This document shows, in pieces, positions 16,557-25,460 of a DNA stretch of 64,000 bases. The stretch is taken from NCBI GenBank assembly GCA_035556715.1, contig DATMER010000074.1, positions 3,737 through 67,736 of the forward strand, written 5' to 3'. Every line of letters begins with the position of its first letter. The first letter of the stretch is position 1. The position numbers and the translations under genes were made by a program. The notes below the pieces were generated by a model. That model was not told the DNA's origin. It did no database searches and saw only the letters and a list, made by a program, of their open reading frames with translations. This stretch comes from Thermoanaerobaculia bacterium. GTDB lineage: Bacteria > Acidobacteriota > Thermoanaerobaculia > Multivoradales > UBA5704.

Positions 16557-19031
16557 CTACGCCCCCTTGAGCGCCACCGTGGGATTGAGCCGCGCCGCCC
16601 GGCGGGCCGGGAGATAGCAGGCGATCAGGGAGACCAGGGCCAGGATCACGGGCACGGCCACGAAGCTGAGCGGATCGGTCGCCTCCACCCCGTAGAGCAT
16701 GCCGGCGACGGTGCGGGTCAGGGCCAGCGCGCCCGCCACCCCCGCAATCACCCCCCAGGCCACAAGCGCCATGCCCTGGCGCACCACGAGCCGCTGCACG
16801 TCCTGCGGGCGGGCGCCGATCGCCATGCGGATGCCGAACTCCCGCCCGCGCAGGCTCACCGAGTAGCTCAGGAGGCCGAACAGGCCCACCACCGCCACGC
16901 CCAGCCCGAGCAGCGCGAAGAGGCCGGCGACCTCGGCGTACATCCGCTGCTCGGCCAGGCCATTCGCCATGTGCTCGCGGCAGCTCACCAGGCTCACGAC
17001 GGCCAGGTCCGGATTGGCTTCCAGGAGCGCCCGCCGCAGCGCCGGGGTCAGGGTGGCCGCGGGCGCGGCCGAGCGCACCAGTAGCGTCATGCGCGGGTGG
17101 TTGCGCTGCCCGCTGGAGAGGTAGATCACCGGCTCCGGCTCCTCCATCAGCTTCGTGCGGACGTCCTTCGCCACTCCCACCACCTCGAAGGGCTTCTCCG
17201 CGACCTCCGGGGCGGCCAGGTCGACCAGGCGCAGGAGGCGGCCGACGGCGGGCTTCTCTCCCCAGAGCTTCTGCGCCATGCCGCGGCTCACCACCACCGC
17301 CCGCGGCGCGTCCTCGCGGTCCCGCTCGTCCAGGGCCCGTCCGGCCAGGATCGGGATGCCCACGGTCTCGAAGTAGGCCGGCGCCACCGAGTTGAAGGCG
17401 ACCTCGGTCTGCTCGTCCTGGCGGTCCAGGCTCGCGGCCAGCAAGGTCCGCGTCCACCCCGCGACCGGCAGGACGTGGGCCAGGCTCGCGGAGGCCACGC
17501 CGGGGGTCTCCCTCGCCTCGTCCAGCACCCTCTGATAGATGTTGGCGCCGCCCTCCCCCTCCATGACGTTGCGCGGGATGTTGACCGTGACCAGGAGCAG
17601 TCCGTCAGGGTCGAAGCCAGGGTTCACCCCCTGCGCCTGTCCCAAGGTGCGGACCAGCAGGCTGCCGGTCAGGAGGAGGAGGACCGACAGGGCGACCTGG
17701 GCCACCACGAGGACCTTGCGCGGCGCGAGGCCGCTGTGACCTCCTCCGGAGCCGCTCGCCGCGGCGTCGCTCTTGAGGGGGCCGAGGAGATCCCCGCGCA
17801 TCACCCGCAAGGCCGGGCCGAACGCGCCGAGGAAGGCGCAGAGCACCGTGGTGAGCGCGGCGAAGGCGGCGATGCGGCCGTCGACCTGCAACAGCCGAGT
17901 CCCCGCGGCCCAGTCGCCCAGGCCGCTTGGCGAGGTCATCACGTAGGACTCGATCCTCTGCCCGAGGACGGCGGCCACGCCCAGGCCCAGCACCCCGCCC
18001 ACCAGGCAGAGCACCAAGCTCTCGGCCATCACACCGGAGAGCAGCCAGGCCCGGCTGGCGCCGAGCGACGCCCGGATCCCCCACTCCCGCTGCTTCGCGA
18101 TGGCCCGCGCCAGCAGCAGGTTGGCGATGCTCACGCACGCCAGGAGCAGGAAGGCGGAGGCCACGCCCATGAGCATGCGCGTCCGGTCGAGCCACTCCGG
18201 GTCCCCCCACCCGGGGTCGTACTCGCCAAACAGGACCACGTCCATCCGGCGCGGCTTGGCGTCGGGAAGCGGCACCGCGGCGTCGAGCGACCGGCCGAGC
18301 ACGTCCAGCGCGGCCTGCGCCTTCTCCCGGCTCACCCCCGGAGCGAGGCGGCCGGTGAGGTTCAGCCACTGGGCGTCGCGCTCGTGGAGCCGCGACGTCG
18401 CGGTCATCCGGTCCGTCAGGTTCGCCGGCACGTAGATCGCCGAAGCCAGGTTCGCTCCCTGGAAGCCCTCGGCGGCGACGCCGACCACCATCACGGCCAC
18501 GCCGTTGATGCGCAGCTCGCGTCCCACGACGTCGGGGCTCCCGCCCAGAGTGCCCTGCCAGAAGCGGTGGCTGAGGACCACCACGGGCGGTGCGTCCGGC
18601 CGGTCGTCCGCGGGCTGAATGAGCCTGCCCATCGTTGGACGGGTGTTGAAGAACCCGAAGAAATTGCCCGTCACCAGCCCGCCCCAGGCGAACGAGGTCC
18701 GCTCGCCCTCGGAGATGGAGGCGCCGAAGCGGGACGTGCCGACGAGGTCCACGACGGCTGTCTGGCTCTTCAGGAAATCCTGGTACTCGAGGTAGGAGAT
18801 GGCCCTGCGCGGCTCCTCCTCGGTCCCGGAGTAGACCGAGACGACACGCTCGGGGTGGGGAGCATCGATCGTCGGCCAGAGGAGCGCCGCCAGGTAGGCG
18901 AACAGGGCTGTGTTGGCCCCGATGCCGAGCGCCAGCGTGAGCACGGCCGGCAGCATCACGGCCGGCTGGCGGGAGAGCGACCGGAAGGCGGTCGAGAGCT
19001 GTCGCACGGCATCGCGCATGGGAACCTCCAA
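16557..19031 (-). CDS. ADOP-family ABC transporter permease (duplicated MacB-like periplasmic domain + FtsX permease)
   Basis: 824 aa. N-terminus MRDAVRQLSTAFRSLSRQP..LTLALGIGANTALF; two FtsX-like 4-TM modules (second ends LPARRAARLNPTVALK[GA]); no cognate ATPase adjacent. Confidence 0.8.
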   Translation of the reverse strand: MEVPMRDAVRQLSTAFRSLSRQPAVMLPAVLTLALGIGANTALFAYLAALLWPTIDAPHPERVVSVYSGTEEEPRRAISYLEYQDFLKSQTAVVDLVGTSRFGASISEGERTSFAWGGLVTGNFFGFFNTRPTMGRLIQPADDRPDAPPVVVLSHRFWQGTLGGSPDVVGRELRINGVAVMVVGVAAEGFQGANLASAIYVPANLTDRMTATSRLHERDAQWLNLTGRLAPGVSREKAQAALDVLGRSLDAAVPLPDAKPRRMDVVLFGEYDPGWGDPEWLDRTRMLMGVASAFLLLACVSIANLLLARAIAKQREWGIRASLGASRAWLLSGVMAESLVLCLVGGVLGLGVAAVLGQRIESYVMTSPSGLGDWAAGTRLLQVDGRIAAFAALTTVLCAFLGAFGPALRVMRGDLLGPLKSDAAASGSGGGHSGLAPRKVLVVAQVALSVLLLLTGSLLVRTLGQAQGVNPGFDPDGLLLVTVNIPRNVMEGEGGANIYQRVLDEARETPGVASASLAHVLPVAGWTRTLLAASLDRQDEQTEVAFNSVAPAYFETVGIPILAGRALDERDREDAPRAVVVSRGMAQKLWGEKPAVGRLLRLVDLAAPEVAEKPFEVVGVAKDVRTKLMEEPEPVIYLSSGQRNHPRMTLLVRSAAPAATLTPALRRALLEANPDLAVVSLVSCREHMANGLAEQRMYAEVAGLFALLGLGVAVVGLFGLLSYSVSLRGREFGIRMAIGARPQDVQRLVVRQGMALVAWGVIAGVAGALALTRTVAGMLYGVEATDPLSFVAVPVILALVSLIACYLPARRAARLNPTVALKGA

Positions 19032-19048
19032 CTGAAAACAAGGACGCC

Positions 19049-19579
19049 TTGCCGACGTATTGTAGAGCAGTGAACGCCAAGCTCTCGCGCCGGTTCGTCC
19101 TTTCTACGCTTCTGGGGGTGCTCGCGTTTGCCCAGGGCGAGCCCGCCAGCCTCGGGAAGGCCGACCGCATCCTGATCCTGAAGTCCGAGCGCAAGCTCAC
19201 GCTCTACCGTGAAGGCAGTCCCCTGAAGACCTACCTCGTGGCACTCGGCGGCGCCCCGGTCGGGGACAAGCAGTGCCAGGGGGACCAGCGGACGCCCGAA
19301 GGGACCTATCGGATCGAGCTCAAGAACAAGGCCTCCCGCTTCCACCTCTCCCTGCGGGTCTCCTATCCCGACGCCACGGACCGGGCCGAGGCCAGGAAGC
19401 GAGGCTGCTCCCCCGGAGGCGACATCATGATCCACGGCCTGGGCAAAAGCTTCGCCCACCTCGGAAAGCTCCATCGCGCCACGGACTGGACGCTGGGCTG
19501 CGTCGCCGTCACCAACGAGGAGATCGAGGAGATCTGGGCGGCGGTCGAGGTGGGGACGGCCGTGGAAATCCGGCCGTAG
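19049..19579 (+). CDS. L,D-transpeptidase (YkuD family)
   Basis: Signal peptide; catalytic DIMIHG ... TLGCVAV (His/Cys) motif. Confidence 0.75.
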   Translation: MPTYCRAVNAKLSRRFVLSTLLGVLAFAQGEPASLGKADRILILKSERKLTLYREGSPLKTYLVALGGAPVGDKQCQGDQRTPEGTYRIELKNKASRFHLSLRVSYPDATDRAEARKRGCSPGGDIMIHGLGKSFAHLGKLHRATDWTLGCVAVTNEEIEEIWAAVEVGTAVEIRP

Positions 19580-19586
19580 GCTTCTC

Positions 19587-19929
19587 CCCGGGAGCGCCGG
19601 CATCCTGCCGGCATCTTTTCCCTTCCAAACGCCGGCTATGGCCCGGCTCCCAGTCGTACAACGCGCAATCGCCGCGGCTGAGCTGTACGCAACGGGTACG
19701 ACCCGTACCCGGCGCGCACGGCCCACACGCGAAGGGGACGACTCGTATCCGACGGGTAGGGCCTCGTACCCGCAGGATACGGCTCGCCCGCGCAGGTTAC
19801 GCCTCGTACGCGAAGGGTAGGGCTTCCTACCCGGCGCGTACGCTTCGCCCCCGAAGGTTACGGCCCGTTCCCCCGATGGGGAGGCGTTCCCCAACGAGTA
19901 TGGCCGGCAGGATGCCGGCGCTCCCAGGG
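19587..19929. repeat. ~340-bp hairpin-rich element bounded by 26-bp inverted repeats
   Basis: Boundary repeats CCGGGAGCGCCGGCATCCTGCCGGCAT (19587-19612) and its inverse (19903-19929). Interior has several perfect 7-8-bp palindromes (CGGGTACG-ACC-CGTACCCG, CGTATCC...GGATACG, GGGTAGGGCTTCCTACCC). Confidence 0.5.
19596..19619 (+). terminator. Rho-independent terminator
   Basis: GCCGGCATCCTGCCGGC perfect 7-bp stem followed by ATCTTTT, 17 nt after the L,D-transpeptidase stop. Confidence 0.6.
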
Positions 19930-19960
19930 AAAAGAGCGCTTCCGATGAGCTGTTTCCTGG

Positions 19961-20029
19961 GCGGGCGGTGGCGCCCCTCGCCCGGGGCGGGCGTGCTCGG
20001 GGGACCGGGAGAGGGGACGGGGGTGAGGG
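19961..20029. repeat. Palindromic repeat family, partial copy B
   Basis: Right half GGGACCGGGAGAGGGGACGGGGGTGAGGG plus the inverse of the copy-A internal segment; overlaps the 3' end of the STAND gene. Confidence 0.55.
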
Positions 20030-20031
20030 CC

Positions 20032-22889
20032 CTACCCCACCGCCCCCTCCAACCACCGCACCTCCCGCTCCCGCCGTCCATACCCGGTCTCGTTCACCAG
20101 CTCCCGCGCCCGCGCCACATGCCGCCGCGCTTCGGCGAGATCCCCCTGGTCCCGGCAGAGGCGCGCCCACTCGAGGTGCGCGTCGCACTCGTACAGGCGC
20201 ATCGGGCCGCGCTCGGCGATTTCCAGGGCTTCGTTGAGGTCAGCGGCGGCGCCGGCAAAGTCAGAGCAAAAGCGCCGGAGGGTGGCGCGAGCCAGGAAGC
20301 CGCGGGGCAGATCGTCCTCCTGGCTGGCCCGCCGCAGGCCGTCTACCGCCTGGTCCAGTTGCTCGGCGGCTTGAGCGAGCCCGGCGGCGCGGTCTTCCCC
20401 AGTGGCTGCCGGCTGAGGGGCTGTCAGAGCCAAGCCGAGGTGGGCGCGGCCCAGGGTAAGGTCGTCGAGGGCAGTGCTGAGGAGCGAGTACCAGCTTTTT
20501 CCATACTTCAGCGTCTGCCTCGCCCGCTCCAGCACCTCCCGGCAGGCCTGTCGGAACCGCTCCACCTCCTCCAAGCGGGAGCCCACCCCGGCGAGCCCAT
20601 CCAGACCGGCTCCGACCTCCGGCTCCGACCGGCCCAGCAGCAGATCGCAGTACCGAAAACCCCCTTGCGAAGCGAGCGGGGGGTACTCCGGCTGCCGCTC
20701 CGCATGCATCGCCTCGGCCTCGCGGAAGGCCGCCGCGCTCTCCTCCCACCGGCCCGCTTGGTTCAGGGCGTCGGCCCAGGTCGTCCGATTGACAATCCGC
20801 TGAAAGGCATCGCCGCTACGGTCGGCCAACTCGACGCTCTGCTCGCCGAATGACATGGCGCGCGGCACGTCCCCTAGGGTCAAGGTCAGCTCGCTGAGGT
20901 TGCTGCCGATGATCGCGGCGTTCTTCCACTTCTCCTGAGCGATGCGCGCCTCCAGACTCACCTTCATCGGCTCTATCGCCTCCGCCAAGCGGCCCAGGGC
21001 GCGGAGGACGATGGCGGCCTCGTTCAGGATGAACGCCTGATCCGCTGCGGTAACGTGGGCGGAGGGCTGGGACCAGGGGCGATCGAAGAAGCCCGCCAGC
21101 GCCGTCAGCCCCGAGCCGAAGGCTCCGAGCTTCCTCAAACTGAAGTGCTCGTTCCCCCGCAGGATCCGCCGCCAGTAGACTTCGTCCATTGCCTCCTGCA
21201 GCCGCCCCGCCCGACAGCCGTGGATGATAGCGGCGTAGAGGGGTTGCATCGCTTCTAGGGTGTCAGGAAGGTCCGGTGCTGCCTGGCGCAGGTGCTCGTA
21301 GAGGCGCCGGTTGCCTTCCTGCCAAGCGTCGGAGCGGTGGCTCTCGAGTTCCTCCGCGAAGCAGGCGCGCACCAGGGGATGAGCATCGAGGGTCTCCGGC
21401 TCGCGCGCGTCGGCCGCCGCCAGCAGACCGTGATCCCGCAGGGTGGCGATGGCGAGCCGCCAGTCTTCGTCCGAGAGGCCCACCAGGGGCTCCGTAAGCC
21501 CTGGGATCGGCGGCACGGCACGCAGGGCCTTCAGGACGTCGGCCTCCGCGGGCCGGTCGAAGAGGCCGAGGAGACGGAGGATCGCGAGCTCTGGACCCTC
21601 TCCCAGCCAGTGGGCGTAGGTGGCGATCACATGGAAGGCGCGGCCGCCCTGTTTCTCGTCGGCCCGGTGGAGATCGATCTCCCGCCGCTTGCGGATGTCG
21701 CCGCCGTGGGCCCGGCGAAGGAAGTTGCCGAGAAGGGTCAGGGTGAGGGCGTGTCGCTTGAAGTCCTCGGCTGCGGCGCGTAGCTCGCTCTCCCGGCCAT
21801 TCACGCCGAGTTGGCGAAGAAGATCCACCGCAGCGCCAAGCTCTAGTTCCTCCAGGGGGATCTGCGATGCCGTGCTTGGGGAGCCGGAGAGGTCGGCGAT
21901 CCGTTCCCGGGTGGTAACCACGCAGAGGCCCGGGTTGCCCGCGGCAAGACTCTTGAGGAGGGCGGAGAGGCCGGGGTCCTTGAGGCGGCCCTCGATCTCC
22001 GGCCGGCCCGGCGGGTATTGCAGGGGCTCGACACCGTCGAGGACGAGCAGAGAGCGCTCCTTCCTGATGAGTCCTGCGAGGCGGGCGCCGCGGTCGTGAA
22101 GGGAGACGGCCTTGGGGTCGGGATCACCGAAGAAACGGAGGGCGTGGTCGATGAACGCTCGGCGGAGGTGTTCTGGTCTTTGCTCCCCTGGCTGTAGAAC
22201 GACCAGTCCAGCACCCGCACGGCCCCGCGCCAGCCCTCGGCCGCCATGCGGTCCATCCAGCGGGCGACCAGCGCCGACTTGCCGACGCCCCCGAAGGCCA
22301 CCAGGGTGAGGACGTGGATGGTTGGGTTCTCCCAGGCTGCATCCAGCCGGGCGATCTCTGCCTCCCGGCCGACGAACTTCGAGCCGGGGATGGGTAGACG
22401 GCCGGTGTCGAGGAGGGGACCCGGGTAGGGGGGCGCCGGGCTCGTGGAGGACGCCGTTGGGCCGGGAAAAACGGGTTGCTGCGCCGGCTTGGGTCGGTCG
22501 TCAGAGACCGCGGTGAGCACGGCCGCCTTGGCCACGTCGGCAGGCAGCCCCACCAGATCGGCATAGATCAACGGCTTGAGCAGTCCGGTGGGTGAGCACG
22601 GCGCAACCCGCAGAGGGATCAATTTGCGGTCCTCGCCACGGGGATCCTGCGCGAAGGCAGCAGCCCATTCCGGCTGGGTGTAGTCGGCCTTGAGGTAGTT
22701 GTCGGTCAGGACCACCACCGTCTTGCGTGTCTCGCCGGCCGCCTTCTGCATCTCCAGGACGAAGTTGCCACCAGGCCGGAAGTCCCACGGCTGATAGACC
22801 ACCTGATAGCCCGCCTCTTCGAGCATCCAGGCGATCCAATCGGCCCACGCCTTGTCGGCACTATTGAAGCTGACGAAGAAGTCTTTCAT
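20032..22889 (-). pseudogene. TIR - NB-ARC (STAND P-loop NTPase) - TPR protein, apparently frameshifted
   Basis: Frame A (22889 to ~22170): bacterial TIR domain then Walker A VAFGGVGKSALVARW. Frame B (~22200 to 20032): Walker B LLVLDGVEP, RNBS-B GLCVVTTRE, GLPL-like ALTLTLLGNFL, then TPR repeats. The two frames overlap near 22160-22200. Confidence 0.65.
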
Positions 22890-22922
22890 CGAGTTCCCAG
22901 ACTCGTTCGACGGCGCCGCGTG

Positions 22923-23330
22923 CTACGACTGGGAGGTCCAGTCTTCGAGGGCTATTCCAAGGCCCGTGAAGTGCCGGGTGTTGTTCGTCACAAGCGTAGC
23001 GTTCCACTTCCGGGCCAGTGCGGCGAGCAGGAGATCGGGATCGGAAATCCCTTGGCCAGACCGGTGCCGCTCCGCCCAAAACCGGGCCGCCTTATCCCAA
23101 TCCTCGAACGAGGGCTCGCAACGCTGCCACGTGGCCGTCAACTGCTCGTAGAGCCGGAGGAGCCGGTATGCCCCTTTCAAATGGAGGTAGCGGGTCAGCT
23201 CGTAGTGCGCAACGGAAGCGAGGAGGAACGACTTCCCCTGCCGCACGGCCTCATCCAACTTCGCAGGCACTGGGGGAACGTTCTTCAGGATGTAGCTGAG
23301 CGTATTCGTATCGAGGAGAAGGACGCTCAT
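22923..23330 (-). CDS. vapC: PIN-domain ribonuclease toxin VapC
   Basis: LLDTNTLSY N-terminal Asp motif and LVTNNTRHF C-terminal motif; 135 aa. Confidence 0.85.
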   Translation of the reverse strand: MSVLLLDTNTLSYILKNVPPVPAKLDEAVRQGKSFLLASVAHYELTRYLHLKGAYRLLRLYEQLTATWQRCEPSFEDWDKAARFWAERHRSGQGISDPDLLLAALARKWNATLVTNNTRHFTGLGIALEDWTSQS

Positions 23331-23629
23331 CAGTCCTCTTCTGTCAGGCTTGCGAAGCGGATCGGATGCTCGTCCCGAAAGGTCTCGAATGCGCCAAGGA
23401 CCTCTTCCTCCTCAGGCGTGAGCTGCACGGAGCGCAACTCGGCCAGCGCAGCAAGCGTCCGTTGCTGGGCAGAGAGATGAGCTGCTGGGCTCAGTTGTGC
23501 GTCACCTGCCGGCCGATGCGTGAGGACAATAACTTCGGCAGGCCCCTCCGGAAAATCGTCCGGGAGCCGAACCTCGACTCGATGGTCTTCTTGGATCGTC
23601 ACCTTCAGCTTATGAGCATGCACGGCCAA
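23330..23629 (-). CDS. vapB: VapB-type antitoxin
   Basis: 99-aa acidic protein directly upstream of vapC with a 1-nt overlap; C-terminal EEEEVLGAFETFRDEHP tail. Confidence 0.6.
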   Translation of the reverse strand: MAVHAHKLKVTIQEDHRVEVRLPDDFPEGPAEVIVLTHRPAGDAQLSPAAHLSAQQRTLAALAELRSVQLTPEEEEVLGAFETFRDEHPIRFASLTEED

Positions 23630-23740
23630 GCCCTCCGTTACAACTACAATTGTAAACGCATCTGCCTTTAGCAGCGGGAGCCTGCTGCCTGAGTCGTAAA
23701 TGCCGGAGGCACTCGGGTGGCTGCCCGAGGATTCAGGCCC

Positions 23741-24523
23741 TCACCCCGCGAACCACTTCACCGCCTCCTTAGCAATGTCCGGAGGCACCGTGTGCGGGCC
23801 GTCGAACTCCCGGTAGAGGACATCGTAGCCCGCGTTCTTGAGCTGCGGGACCAGCTTGCGGCTGCAGCGGTCGATAGAGAGCACCTGGTCACCCGTGCCG
23901 TGGGAAACGTAGATCTTCGGCTTCCCCCGCTGGTCCTTCGGCACCATGAAGCCGGGCGAGAGGGCGATCACGTGGCTGAAGAGGTCGCCGTTGGTGATCC
24001 CGATCGAGAGCGCGTAGGAGGCGCCGTCCGAGAAGCCCTCGGCCGCGATGCGCTTCGGGTCCACGGCGCAGCGGGCGAAGGTGTGCTCCAGGGCGCGGTC
24101 GAGGAAGGCGATGTCCGGACCGTAGCCCCCTTCGAGGACGTCCCAGGTCTGCCCCCGGGAGTCCGTGGCCAGGAGGATCAGCCCGGCCTCGTCCGCCAGG
24201 TTCTGGAAGGGTCCCAGGGCGCGGCGGGCGCTCCCTCCCGCGCCGTGCAGCATCACGGCGAGCGGGGCGGGACGGTCCGCCTTGTAGCCCTTGGGCACGT
24301 AGAGGACGCCGTCGCGCCGTCCGCCCAGCCCGAGCTCGTGCAGCCCCGGCTTCGCCTCTTCCATGGGAGCCCCGGGGCGGGCCACGAGCCGCGCTTCGGT
24401 GGCTGTCGATGGCAAGGCATCCCCCTTCTTCTTCGCGTTCTGCGCGTTCTGCGCGGACAGCTGGCGCGCCGCCGCAAGGCCCAGGAACGCCATGGAGAGC
24501 AGCTCGCGCCGAGTCATTTCCAT
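23741..24523 (-). CDS. Secreted alpha/beta-hydrolase (phospholipase/carboxylesterase or PHB-depolymerase-like esterase)
   Basis: Tat/Sec-like signal MEMTRRELLSMAFLGLAAA; nucleophile elbow GFSDGAS; HGTGD His region; 260 aa. Confidence 0.7.
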   Translation of the reverse strand: MEMTRRELLSMAFLGLAAARQLSAQNAQNAKKKGDALPSTATEARLVARPGAPMEEAKPGLHELGLGGRRDGVLYVPKGYKADRPAPLAVMLHGAGGSARRALGPFQNLADEAGLILLATDSRGQTWDVLEGGYGPDIAFLDRALEHTFARCAVDPKRIAAEGFSDGASYALSIGITNGDLFSHVIALSPGFMVPKDQRGKPKIYVSHGTGDQVLSIDRCSRKLVPQLKNAGYDVLYREFDGPHTVPPDIAKEAVKWFAG

Positions 24524-24527
24524 CCCC

Positions 24528-25151
24528 TCATGAGATGAGCCAGAAGCCCCCGAGCATGATCGAGGCCGCCGAGGTGCCTCCGAGGAGGGCCTGGTAGCCC
24601 CGGCTTCCGAAAGCCGCCAGCCGGACGGCCGCGAGCCCCAGGACCGAGGCGAACGCCACCATGGCCATGATCGCACCGAGACCGAAACCGCCCATGTAGG
24701 CCAGCGACGCCGACCGCGAGGGGAGGGCCAGGGCCGGAAAAAGCCCGAGGATGTGCGAGCTGCCGGCCAGGCCGTGGATCCCACCGATCCAGAGCGCCGC
24801 CAAGCCGCTCCGCGGGTGCGCGTGGGCTTCCGCCTCCTCGGTCAGCCGCGGTCCGAACGCCTTGCGCAGTCCCCAGAGCCCCACCGCGATCAGCACCGCT
24901 CCGACCAGCCGCTCGCTCCACGAGGAGACCCGCTCCAGGGGCAGCACATCCCGCAATCCGAGAGCCAGGAGACCGATCAGCCAGACCCCGCCGCTGTGCC
25001 CCAGGCCCCAAAGCAAGCCCGTGCCCCATCCGCTGCGCCGCTCCCCCACCACGAGGGGCGCGACAGCCGAAAGATGGTCCGGCCCCGCGAGGGCGTGAGT
25101 GAGCCCGGCGAGCAGTCCGGCGAGGGTGGCGATCCAGACGCCGTGGTCCAT
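24528..25151 (-). CDS. NicO/UreH-like nickel-cobalt transporter family membrane protein
   Basis: Six predicted TM helices; H-x5-DH (THALAGPDHLSA) and GHSGG motifs. Confidence 0.5.
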   Translation of the reverse strand: MDHGVWIATLAGLLAGLTHALAGPDHLSAVAPLVVGERRSGWGTGLLWGLGHSGGVWLIGLLALGLRDVLPLERVSSWSERLVGAVLIAVGLWGLRKAFGPRLTEEAEAHAHPRSGLAALWIGGIHGLAGSSHILGLFPALALPSRSASLAYMGGFGLGAIMAMVAFASVLGLAAVRLAAFGSRGYQALLGGTSAASIMLGGFWLIS

Positions 25152-25176
25152 GGGGTGGAAAGTCTAGCACCCGGAA

Positions 25177-25343
25177 CCTCACCCCCTGTCCCCCTCTCCC
25201 GTCTCCCACCCCTCCCCCGCCGGGAGAGGGGGAACGTATCTGGGGCCGCCGTGACCGAACGCGAGGCACGACAGCCTCAGTCACGTCCCCCCTCTCCCGG
25301 GGTCGGGCCGGCGGGAGACGGGAGAGGGGGACAGGGGGTGAGG
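25177..25343. repeat. Palindromic repeat family, full copy C
   Basis: CCTCACCCCCTGTCCCCCTCTCCC...GGGAGAGGGGGAACG...CCCCCCTCTCCCGGGG...GGGAGAGGGGGACAGGGGGTGAGG in the divergent region between the NicO-like gene and smc. Confidence 0.7.
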
Positions 25344-25460
25344 TCTCCACTCCCCTACCACATCTTGTGGTCATCTTCCAGACTCGCCCACAGCTTGTAG
25401 GACGGTCCGGCCGTCTGATATCCTGCCCCGCACGGTCGAAACCGCCAGGGCACATCACAC

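Noticed and set aside
22112-22564. Short ORFs overlapping the TIR-STAND frameshift region
   Set aside because: These are Pro/Arg-rich artefacts. The two protein-like frames (TIR/P-loop and Walker B/TPR) explain the region as one disrupted gene.
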